Virus record (IMG/VR): IMGVR_UViG_3300017655_000014
Coordinates: 1-37,070 of that record
Source: a virus
Lineage: Duplodnaviria; Caudoviricetes
Reading direction: 5' to 3' (one strand)
Length of the DNA stretch: 37,070 nucleotides
Part shown: one piece after another, positions 26,516-33,468 of the stretch
Layout: every line of letters begins with the position of its first letter
Position numbering within the stretch: the stretch's first letter is position 1
Notes under the pieces: generated by a model
What the model saw: only the letters and a program-made list of their open reading frames with translations
The model's database searches: none
What the model was told of the DNA's origin: nothing
Position numbers and translations under genes: made by a program

Positions 26516-27444
26516 GATCCCTCCCGCGGCTGTGCTGGATACGGCTTGAGCCGCGCGTGGTAGTCCTCACGGAATGCCTCAAATCCCTGGCTCTTGTTAT
26601 AAGCGATAGCCAGTTCAGCACCAATAGCGGCACCGTGCCGACAGCTGAACGTCACGGGATTTTCGAGCGTGGTGAGCCAAGCAGCAAAACCGAATACGGC
26701 TTCTCCGGGATATACGTTTGGATCCACGACAGCACCTTCCCCAAGCATCGCCACCCGCGCCGCCTCCGCTTCTTCGTCCGCGTGTTGTTCGAGCTCGGTG
26801 AGTTCGACGGGCGGTTGGGCATGGGCGGCAGGATGTGACAGTAGATGCTTACGCATGGCCTTTGCGGCCTCTTGCCGAGTTGCGGTATCGCTCCCTATTT
26901 CCGCCCGCACAAACTCAGATACCAGCCGGTCGGCTTCGACCACCCATGCGTTGGCTAGCTCTCCAGAATTTCCGGATGGCTGGGCGGGCGCAGGCCTATC
27001 GGCAAGGGCAGCACGAGCACGCCCACCATCATCTACTGCGACGTCATGCATCAGCGCCAGCATGCCCTTGCTGTCGCCCTGGATCGCTGCGCTGCCCATG
27101 CTCTTGGCTTTCTCGCCGTACCATTGCAGGGCATTTCGCAGCGCATTGTTCTGCCTATCCAGGTGCTCGATCTGGCCTTTGGCCTCGGCAATATCTGATC
27201 GCAGCGCGTCGAGTTCGTCGAGGATGGCGGGAAGTTTATGCTTTGCCTGCACTATCAGCTCTGCATCGGACTCCAAAATGCCGCCGATGGAATCGAGGCG
27301 TCGGTAGTGGGTACCGCCCTTGCTCGTGGCGGGCCAAAGAATGACACATCTGGATGTCTCATAGTCGCCGGTCTGTTTCCATGCCCACGGCCCCGGCGTC
27401 GCCTTATCCAGCAGCTCGCGCAGGTGTTTGGTGTCGATGGTCAT
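26512..27444 (-). CDS. Ead/Ea22-like mosaic accessory protein
   Basis: N-terminal IDT..LRELL.KATPGPW and DAELI...LP.ILDELD motifs; coiled coil; variable C-terminal modules. Confidence 0.65.
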   Translation of the reverse strand: MTIDTKHLRELLDKATPGPWAWKQTGDYETSRCVILWPATSKGGTHYRRLDSIGGILESDAELIVQAKHKLPAILDELDALRSDIAEAKGQIEHLDRQNNALRNALQWYGEKAKSMGSAAIQGDSKGMLALMHDVAVDDGGRARAALADRPAPAQPSGNSGELANAWVVEADRLVSEFVRAEIGSDTATRQEAAKAMRKHLLSHPAAHAQPPVELTELEQHADEEAEAARVAMLGEGAVVDPNVYPGEAVFGFAAWLTTLENPVTFSCRHGAAIGAELAIAYNKSQGFEAFREDYHARLKPYPAQPREGS

Positions 27445-27650
27445 CCCAGCATCCTCCCATCCTTGAGCGCTTCCGCGAGAGCGTCGGCATGATCGACTGT
27501 TAGGCGTATCTGGAATGCCGGCATCAGATCGAGGTTGGTGTTATGGAGCAGATGCCTCATGATCGTTAGACAGATGGTGGACTCTGGTGTGTACTGTGGA
27601 TCAATCCTGACAGTGCTGCCACCCAGGTCAACGAAGATTGGTTTTGTCAT
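27441..27650 (-). CDS. Hypothetical protein
   Basis: ATG at 27650 with ATGA coupling on both sides; 69 aa. Confidence 0.55.
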   Translation of the reverse strand: MTKPIFVDLGGSTVRIDPQYTPESTICLTIMRHLLHNTNLDLMPAFQIRLTVDHADALAEALKDGRMLG

Positions 27651-27754
27651 TTCCCTTGCTCCTGTGTTTGAACCGTCCCCGTCGTGCTCATCTGCGTGTC
27701 GAGGTGCTGGCAACCGCAGGATGCGAGCAGGAGCAGGGTGAGTAGGTATTGCAT
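27647..27754 (-). CDS. Tiny putative lipoprotein (35 aa)
   Basis: MQYLLTLLLLASCGCQH...; hydrophobic core plus LASC lipobox; fills the gap between two genes with an ATGA overlap. Confidence 0.45.
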   Translation of the reverse strand: MQYLLTLLLLASCGCQHLDTQMSTTGTVQTQEQGK

Positions 27755-27767
27755 GGTAGGTTCGCTC

Positions 27768-28241
27768 TTATAAGATTGTTCTGCTGACGATTTGATCCGC
27801 AAGGCGCTCGCATTCCTTAATGCAGTACTTCGTGCTTCGAAATACGCCATCGTCGAAGCCCCACATGATTGTGGACTCTGAAGCATCTCCGAGATGGGCG
27901 CAGTCGAATCCGAACCACCAAAGATTGCTTTCTACCGGGTACTTGCCTTCTCCATTTCCTGAATATGTGACGCTGCCGTGAACGTCAAATACTAGCTCTG
28001 GTGATGTCATTCGATCTGGCTCCACAAGCAGCATAGAGAGGAGACTGCGCTTTCCAATTGATGCATCCTCATCTAAAGGAAGAAGGAATGCGGAGCTTTG
28101 CGAATATCTGACCCCATACAAGGGATGATTTTCAGGAACGCCAACATATCCGCAGCGATGCCCCATACTCGTCATGATGACCACGCCTCGCAATCCAGCA
28201 GCAGTGATCCAGTCTTTTTCAACTTCCATGTCATTCCTCAT
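27768..28241 (-). CDS. Conserved phage protein (CGYV / VHG..TY / GFDCAH motifs)
   Basis: GHRCGYVGVP..HPLYG, DVHGSVTYS and WWFGFDCAHLGD motifs; low GC. Confidence 0.75.
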   Translation of the reverse strand: MRNDMEVEKDWITAAGLRGVVIMTSMGHRCGYVGVPENHPLYGVRYSQSSAFLLPLDEDASIGKRSLLSMLLVEPDRMTSPELVFDVHGSVTYSGNGEGKYPVESNLWWFGFDCAHLGDASESTIMWGFDDGVFRSTKYCIKECERLADQIVSRTIL

Positions 28242-28254
28242 TTGGTTGGATATG

Positions 28255-28767
28255 TCACTCGCCGAAAAGCTCTTGCACGCTGACCGGCTCCGGTGGCGCT
28301 AGCGTGATCTGGATCTCCCGCTGGATCATCTCGCAGAGCCGGCCCACGTCCGCGGTCTCCGGATGGCAGATCACGCGGAACGAGATATTGACGGTGCCGC
28401 CTTCCATGGGATCGATCTTGAAGTTGTCGACCTCGCAATCGCCCAGGACGATGTTGCTGGCGTCGCCCAGGCCGTAGTCGACGGTGAGCGTGTAGCCGGT
28501 GCCTTCCCACGTCCATTTGATCGGGCCCATCTTGGGGAAGCGCAGCTCGGTGAGTGCCTCGCTGTCCTGCACCTGGTCGACAAGGTCCGGGCTGTCGTTC
28601 TTTTTGAACAGCAGCTGGCGCAGCTGGGAATGCAGGTAGATCAGGACTTCGGACGAGCATGCGGCCTCGATCTTGAGATCGCATGCCGGCACGCGATCCT
28701 CGCCGTGAATCTCTGCGCGGGGATTGACCGAGGCAAGCTTTACCTGGTGATCTTTTAACTCAAACAT
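28255..28767 (-). CDS. Conserved phage protein
   Basis: ATG at 28767 with AAGGA RBS; VNPRAE.HG...VPA.DL..., EGGTV...FR; strong phage-like codon bias. Confidence 0.7.
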   Translation of the reverse strand: MFELKDHQVKLASVNPRAEIHGEDRVPACDLKIEAACSSEVLIYLHSQLRQLLFKKNDSPDLVDQVQDSEALTELRFPKMGPIKWTWEGTGYTLTVDYGLGDASNIVLGDCEVDNFKIDPMEGGTVNISFRVICHPETADVGRLCEMIQREIQITLAPPEPVSVQELFGE

Positions 28768-28993
28768 GGGCGGGTTCCTTTTCCTTGAGATATTGCGAGT
28801 AGGGAATGCGGATGGCCTGGTGGAAGCGCTGCGCCGCCTCCGGGTCGCTGTCGAGCTCGGCACGCGACCTGACAGCGCAGCGCGTGCGGACGGTGCGCGC
28901 GGCTTCGGTCTCGCTCTGGGCGCCGAGGAAGCGCTGAAACTCGGGCTCCCGGCATCGCAGGGCGGCCCAGGTGGATAGGCGCATGCCGGTCAT
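28760..28993 (-). CDS. Conserved small phage protein
   Basis: A..C.EP.FQ.FL...AA..VR..C.V.SRAELD....A..RF pattern. Confidence 0.65.
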   Translation of the reverse strand: MTGMRLSTWAALRCREPEFQRFLGAQSETEAARTVRTRCAVRSRAELDSDPEAAQRFHQAIRIPYSQYLKEKEPAHV

Positions 28994-28995
28994 GG

Positions 28996-29868
28996 CTATT
29001 GCTGCTCCAGGGTGGCGCGGCGCTCCGCAGCCAGAGCAAACAGCTTGTCCTGGTCGGCCTGGCTTTCCAGGTAGCGGACTTCATCGGTTACCAGGTCAAG
29101 GACGTCGATGTCGGTCGCACTGTTGATCCGCTTGAACATGACGTCGTAGGGCGCCGCTGGCGCAGGTTCTTCCACGATCTCTCCGGTATCCTGGGAGACG
29201 ACTTCGGCGGTACGCGCCGGCGTCACACGCAATTCCTCGGTAGTCACGCTGTATGTGCCGTCGCCGTTGATGTCGATGACGTCGACCATCTCCTCCGCAG
29301 TCGCCAGTCCCATGCCGAGCTCGGGGGCGTAAGCACGCTGCCAGAACGCGGCGGCGCGGTACACAAACATCTGGTCAGGCATCGTGTTCCATTTGCTACC
29401 GTTTTTCTTGCTCCAGCCCTCAGCCTTGACCATCTTCCAATCCACCCAGATGCCATCCAGGCGCTCGCCTGTGGCCTTCTCGATCGCCCATGCCCGGCAG
29501 CCGTACTCATCGTCGCTCGGCTTGCCCCTCCACTCGTATCGCAGGGCAGAGAAGCGCCCGCAGGTGTTGACCGTAGCAATCAGGAATTTGGAGGACCAGG
29601 AAGGGCTGCCGTGCACGATGTACAGGTTCTGCATGACCTGCATGGGGTCTGCGCCCATGCGCTGGGCCATGTTCAGGGCGATGCAGCAGTTCGCCATGTT
29701 GCCTTGATAGGCGGCGGGAACCAGCGTGCTGGACGCGAACATCTTGGAGACGCGCTGGATCAAATCAAAGGATTGGCTGCTGCCGAATCCGATGGTTACC
29801 GGCACTTGATCAGCCTGTTGGGGCGCTGCGCGCAGTGCGGCCAGGTTGGATTTTACGGGTGCGTTCAT
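28996..29868 (-). CDS. RecT/Red-beta-like single-strand annealing protein
   Basis: S.LVP..Y.G..ANC.IA...A......P..VMQN.Y.VHG.PSW...W..MP.QM..YRA..F..R.YAPE; adjacent to an exonuclease. Confidence 0.7.
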   Translation of the reverse strand: MNAPVKSNLAALRAAPQQADQVPVTIGFGSSQSFDLIQRVSKMFASSTLVPAAYQGNMANCCIALNMAQRMGADPMQVMQNLYIVHGSPSWSSKFLIATVNTCGRFSALRYEWRGKPSDDEYGCRAWAIEKATGERLDGIWVDWKMVKAEGWSKKNGSKWNTMPDQMFVYRAAAFWQRAYAPELGMGLATAEEMVDVIDINGDGTYSVTTEELRVTPARTAEVVSQDTGEIVEEPAPAAPYDVMFKRINSATDIDVLDLVTDEVRYLESQADQDKLFALAAERRATLEQQ

Positions 29869-29882
29869 GGCGTCCTTTCGAG

Positions 29883-30686
29883 TTATTTGCGGAACTTGCA
29901 GGTTTGGAAATTTGGGCAGTACTTGGGGTTGCAGAGCATGGAGCGCGGGTTGCCGTAGAACGCTCCGGAATGGATCAGGCGAGACGCGTTTTCCAACACG
30001 CCCGGGGTGTCGCCGTCGCCCAGCAGCACCTCACGTGTACCCTCGATCTCGCCCAGGCCTGCGCGCTGCGCCGCGGCCGTCTTCCCGGTGTTCAGGCCAA
30101 TGATTTGCGCGGGGCAGGTGATTGGTAGGCCGCTGGCGAATTCGGCCAGGAGCTCGTAGACGCCCATCTGGAAAGCATGGCCGGCTGTCTTGACCGTGCC
30201 GTCGGCAGATACCGCGGTCTTGCCGGTCTTGATGTCGGAAATTCCAAAGCCATCATCAGTCCTGCGCACGCGATCCGTGGTGCCGGTCAGAGCAATGCCG
30301 AGATCGGAGATTTCCAGCTTTTCACATGCGATCTCCACCGCAGCGTAATCCTGGGTCGGCGCCACTTCCTTGCAGTATTTGGTGTGCAGCGCCAGGGCAA
30401 TGCGCTCAGCGTCCTGCGGCTTGTCCTCGGCCCAATCAACCTCGAACTCCGGCTTGTGGATAGCATCCACCACCACGCCGGCGGCATCGTCCACAGTGAC
30501 CGGGGACTCGCCGGGGAGACGGCTTGCGTCGAACAGCGCCGTGCCAGCGTGCACAGCAGTGCCCAGCTGCGCCGCGCCGGAGGAGGGCAGGAATCGGCCC
30601 TCGATGTGCTTTGCGGCCCAGCGTGCCGGGCAGTCGAAAAGCTCACCCAAGGAGCTGGCACGGATGGTGATGATAGGTCGGTTCAT
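29883..30686 (-). CDS. PD-(D/E)XK exonuclease, Cas4/RecB-like with Fe-S staple
   Basis: SS...F.CP, GTAVH, E...GTTD...D.KTG, Q...Y, and C-terminal C....CP....C (1+3 Cys). Confidence 0.8.
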   Translation of the reverse strand: MNRPIITIRASSLGELFDCPARWAAKHIEGRFLPSSGAAQLGTAVHAGTALFDASRLPGESPVTVDDAAGVVVDAIHKPEFEVDWAEDKPQDAERIALALHTKYCKEVAPTQDYAAVEIACEKLEISDLGIALTGTTDRVRRTDDGFGISDIKTGKTAVSADGTVKTAGHAFQMGVYELLAEFASGLPITCPAQIIGLNTGKTAAAQRAGLGEIEGTREVLLGDGDTPGVLENASRLIHSGAFYGNPRSMLCNPKYCPNFQTCKFRK

Positions 30687-30826
30687 TTCGCAACAACCCT
30701 TCCCGCCATCGGCATCTGCGGGTACGCGCTGAGGCCGCGCCGCTCGATATACCGCCGCGCCAGCACCCACTTGGCTGCCAGCCGGCGGTCCTGGAAGTGC
30801 TGCAAGGCTTGACGGGTAAGGCTCAT
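30683..30826 (-). CDS. Small basic hypothetical protein (47 aa)
   Basis: ATGA coupling at both ends. Confidence 0.5.
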   Translation of the reverse strand: MSLTRQALQHFQDRRLAAKWVLARRYIERRGLSAYPQMPMAGRVVAK

Positions 30827-30921
30827 AGCGCACCCGATTTCCACAGCGTGACCAGCAGCGCCGGGCCGGCCATCAGCAGCCCGCAGGCAATGCCGATAAG
30901 GATGTCGATGAGGGTTTTCAT
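30823..30921 (-). CDS. Tiny single-TM protein (32 aa), not in the ORF track
   Basis: MKTLIDILIGIACGLLMAGPALLVTLWKSGAL*; ATGA coupling at both ends, filling the gap exactly. Confidence 0.55.
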   Translation of the reverse strand: MKTLIDILIGIACGLLMAGPALLVTLWKSGAL

Positions 30922-31451
30922 GCTGCGGCCTCGGCTTCGGTGGGCCGTCGGCTATGGTGAGCGCGAACAGATGCGGCGATCGCCATTCGCGTTTCATTAC
31001 TGTGAACTCGCCCACGGCCAGCAACGCCTACCTTCATCCTGTGATCTAAAGAGAGCTTGCGCCCCTTGGTTGACCGGCCCTTGGCAGCCATATCCCGCAT
31101 ATTGTCTTCATGAGTCCCGAGAAATAAATGGGATGGATTCACGCAAAGAGGGTTGTCACAGGCGTGGCATACAAGAAGGCCATCAGGGATAGGGCCAAAT
31201 ACTTGCTTCCACATGGCGCGATGAACATATTCCGGTTTGCCGTCAACCTTGATGCGCCCACGCCCTCTGGTGGTTGACAACCCCCATGTAATGCATCCGC
31301 TATCTTCGATTTTGCAGCCATCAAGGATGTACGTTGCGATGTCACCAAACGTCGTCAGCCAAGTCCGTATCGTGATCGCCAGCGAGTTTTCCTCCGCGTC
31401 GTGCGCGAACAAAACGCTCCCATCCCAGAGATTTTTGATTTCGATCAGCAT
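30918..31451 (-). CDS. HNH endonuclease
   Basis: GC..W...G.I...G....VHR..W....GPIP.G..VCH.CDNP.CVNP.HL.LGT..DN..D...KGR motif plus a NUMOD3-like tail. Confidence 0.88.
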   Translation of the reverse strand: MLIEIKNLWDGSVLFAHDAEENSLAITIRTWLTTFGDIATYILDGCKIEDSGCITWGLSTTRGRGRIKVDGKPEYVHRAMWKQVFGPIPDGLLVCHACDNPLCVNPSHLFLGTHEDNMRDMAAKGRSTKGRKLSLDHRMKVGVAGRGRVHSNETRMAIAASVRAHHSRRPTEAEAAA

Positions 31452-31798
31452 GTGACTCTCTCCTTCATGATTTGGTTTTCGATCGCCCGCATCTGATCCG
31501 GCGCCAGCCAGTTGCGGATATCAGCCTTCGGCTGGATGATCAGCACCACGTTGTCCTCGCCGTCGGTGAGCTTGATGGGTTCGTACGGGCGGACGCTCAG
31601 CACCTCGAAATCCTCGGGCGATCCTGGGCTTGCCTCGCCCGGTGCCGTGCCCCAAATTTCATCTGGGCAGCCAGCGTCATAGTCAATCTCGACGATCAGC
31701 GCCAGCTCACCGCATGCCACTGCTTCGATGCCCGGCACTTGCAGGCCCCAGTGCTTTCCGACGCCCAGGTCGACGTCGATGATCATGTCGATCAGCAT
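31445..31798 (-). CDS. Hypothetical acidic protein
   Basis: GGAGG RBS, overlapping start/stop, 117 aa. Confidence 0.6.
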   Translation of the reverse strand: MLIDMIIDVDLGVGKHWGLQVPGIEAVACGELALIVEIDYDAGCPDEIWGTAPGEASPGSPEDFEVLSVRPYEPIKLTDGEDNVVLIIQPKADIRNWLAPDQMRAIENQIMKERVTC

Positions 31799-31965
31799 GG
31801 CCGAGCCTCCAGCGCGCTCATCGTGCGCAGATAGCTCAGCGCCGTTGCCGCGATCATCGGCGCATAGCTGGGGTGCGCTTCCATGAGCTCAATTGCGGCG
31901 CGCAGGTAGTCGGCTTGCGCGAGTGCGCGGGCTAGCTGCTTTGGGGTGGGTGTGAGGTTTGTCAT
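31792..31965 (-). CDS. First gene of leftward (PL) operon, hypothetical
   Basis: AGGAG RBS upstream of ATG at 31965; 57 aa. Confidence 0.6.
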   Translation of the reverse strand: MTNLTPTPKQLARALAQADYLRAAIELMEAHPSYAPMIAATALSYLRTMSALEARPC

Positions 31966-31996
31966 CTCGGGCTCCTGTGTTGGATGCGTTGAGATG

Positions 31997-32038
31997 ATAT
32001 TAAGCGACACGCTTATATTGTGTCAAGCGTATCGCTTA
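31997..32038 (-). promoter_or_regulatory. PL promoter with two repressor operators (OL)
   Basis: Minus strand TTGACA (32026-32021)-N18-TAATAT (32002-31997); operators TAAGCG-ACA-CGCTTA (32001-32015) and CAAGCG-TAT-CGCTTA (32024-32038). Confidence 0.85.
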
Positions 32039-32065
32039 AATTATTTTCTGCCGTGCGCGAGAAAT

Positions 32066-32087
32066 AAAAAACCGCCCGAAGGCGGTT
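32066..32087 (-). terminator. Rho-independent terminator (UUCG loop)
   Basis: Minus strand AACCGCC-TTCG-GGCGGTT followed by a T run. Confidence 0.85.
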
Positions 32088-32096
32088 GGAGGCAAC

Positions 32097-32118
32097 AAAA
32101 AAGCCCGCTGGGCGGGCT
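32097..32118 (-). terminator. Rho-independent terminator (tandem)
   Basis: Minus strand AGCCCGC-cca-GCGGGCT followed by TTTTT. Confidence 0.8.
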
Positions 32119-32139
32119 GGTGCGGGAAGCAGGAGGAAT

Positions 32140-32490
32140 TTAAAGCCAGTCGTACTCAAATTCATTGTAAGCAGGAAAATTTACGCCGGAGAAAATTAAA
32201 AACGTGGAAAGAATGATAAGGGCCAAGAGGAAAGTTAACCACCCCAACCAAACGCGATGTGTTTTGGCGTGCGCTTGAAAGCCTAGCCATCCAGATAAGG
32301 AGAATGCCCCGATGTACAACACGTGAGCGAACAAAGAAATCGCAATGGCTGATGAGCACCTTGTTGGGTTATCAGCAAAGCCACATTTCCCCAGTAGGAT
32401 AAGAAGGGGAACCCCAACAAAAATGCCGAGATACCACCAAACTAGATACCAGTCCGTCTTTTGATCGTTATTCATCCCTCTGATCTGCAA
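32140..32490 (-). CDS. Low-GC three-TM membrane protein downstream of the repressor
   Basis: Three hydrophobic segments; start uncertain (TTG 32490 or ATG 32475); followed by tandem terminators. Confidence 0.65.
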   Translation of the reverse strand: MQIRGMNNDQKTDWYLVWWYLGIFVGVPLLILLGKCGFADNPTRCSSAIAISLFAHVLYIGAFSLSGWLGFQAHAKTHRVWLGWLTFLLALIILSTFLIFSGVNFPAYNEFEYDWL

Positions 32491-32541
32491 GTTGTAATTG
32501 CCTTACGGCACGTCTAGTAATTATCAGAAACACCATTTACA

Positions 32542-32557
32542 CTGTTCAAAAATACAG
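32542..32557 (+). promoter_or_regulatory. LexA (SOS) box
   Basis: CTGT-TCAAAAAT-ACAG fits the beta/gamma-proteobacterial CTGT-N8-ACAG consensus; overlaps a -10-like TACACT (32538-32543). Confidence 0.8.
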
Positions 32558-32617
32558 TGCTTTTTGTTCCCCGCTGACACCAGGCCGAACCACAAAAAGC
32601 AACCCAGGGGAGGCGGA

Positions 32618-32821
32618 ATGCACAACAAAAAAATGCCAGCAGAGTTCATTCGGGACTTCAGCGACCTGCAGCAGGAGCAGCGCGATATCGTGATCGCGAC
32701 AGTGCGCAACATGGCAAATAGGGCTCGGAAAAGGCGCCCACAGCTGCACCTAATTGTTGGCGGTTCTAGCCCTAACTTGCCTCCTCACCTCCCGGACGGC
32801 GCGCGCATTGTCAAGAATTGA
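32618..32821 (+). CDS. Putative SOS-inducible antirepressor (67 aa)
   Basis: GGGGAGG RBS, 60 nt downstream of a LexA box, convergent with and overlapping cI; similar to the cI C-terminal helices. Confidence 0.65.
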   Translation: MHNKKMPAEFIRDFSDLQQEQRDIVIATVRNMANRARKRRPQLHLIVGGSSPNLPPHLPDGARIVKN

Positions 32822-33154
32822 TTCTCGCCCCTTGTCGTCTTCCTCAAAAAAAATTGCTATCAGCTCTGCTAAATTATCTTGGCTGATTCCAGCGTCTGGC
32901 CGGCCCACAATCTGAGCATCATCGTGGTCGGTGTCCATCCATCCAACGGGTTTTCTCATGCCCGTTTCAAGTTTTCGTGCGGCCGCAGTTCCGAGGTTCC
33001 GCGGTTTCCCGGTTTTTACGTCAATAGCGCGGCTACGCAACTGGCTTATATACACCGGGGAAAGCCCCGATTTTTCCGCAAGCGATTCGGCCGTACCGGC
33101 TTCGTCGACAAGTATTTCCAGATTTTCCAACCGAATTTGAGAGTTTTGCTTCAT
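32750..33154 (-). CDS. cI: Immunity repressor lacking an S24 autopeptidase domain
   Basis: R.ENL..L....G....LA...G.S..YISQL...RN.G...ARKLE......GWMD HTH; divergent from cro across the operators; 134 aa. Confidence 0.8.
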   Translation of the reverse strand: MKQNSQIRLENLEILVDEAGTAESLAEKSGLSPVYISQLRSRAIDVKTGKPRNLGTAAARKLETGMRKPVGWMDTDHDDAQIVGRPDAGISQDNLAELIAIFFEEDDKGRESILDNARAVREVRRQVRARTANN

Positions 33155-33165
33155 AAAAAGATTTA

Positions 33166-33231
33166 ACAGCATTTCGCTTAAAAAGCACATGAGCGATACG
33201 CTTGACTTTAATTAAGCGATTCGCTTATGCT
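33166..33231 (+). promoter_or_regulatory. OR region: three operators and PR promoter
   Basis: ACAGCA-TTT-CGCTTA (33166-33180), TGAGCG-ATA-CGCTTG (33190-33204), TAAGCG-ATT-CGCTTA (33213-33227); TTGACT (33202)-N18-TATGCT (33226-33231). Confidence 0.85.
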
Positions 33232-33237
33232 GTCAGC

Positions 33238-33468
33238 ATGAAACTAGCTGACTACACATCAATTGAGCGTGGGCGCCAGTCCGGGCTTGCAAAAATCCTG
33301 GGCATTCCGCCCCAGCTCATGTACCAGTGGGCGCGTGGGGTGAGGCCTGTACCGATTGAGCGCTGCGTGGAGATCGAACGCGCCACCGATGGAGCGGTGA
33401 GTCGCCGCGACTTGCGCCCAAACGACTGGCATCTGATCTGGCCCGAGCTCACCGAGGAGCGGGCATGA
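33238..33468 (+). CDS. cro: Cro/YdaS-like regulator
   Basis: QSGLAKILG.....YQW..G.RPVP..RC..IE.AT.G.V.R.DLRP.DW..IWPEL. Confidence 0.88.
   Translation: MKLADYTSIERGRQSGLAKILGIPPQLMYQWARGVRPVPIERCVEIERATDGAVSRRDLRPNDWHLIWPELTEERA
33452..33468 (+). repeat. 17-bp direct repeat, left copy (RBS plus stop/start junction)
   Basis: CCGAGGAGCGGGCATGA versus CCGAGGAGCGGGTATGA at 34054-34070 (16/17 identical). Confidence 0.8.

Noticed and set aside
29883-30686. Cas4-like nuclease as part of a CRISPR-Cas system
   Set aside because: No other cas genes or array are present; it is paired with an annealase as a recombination module.
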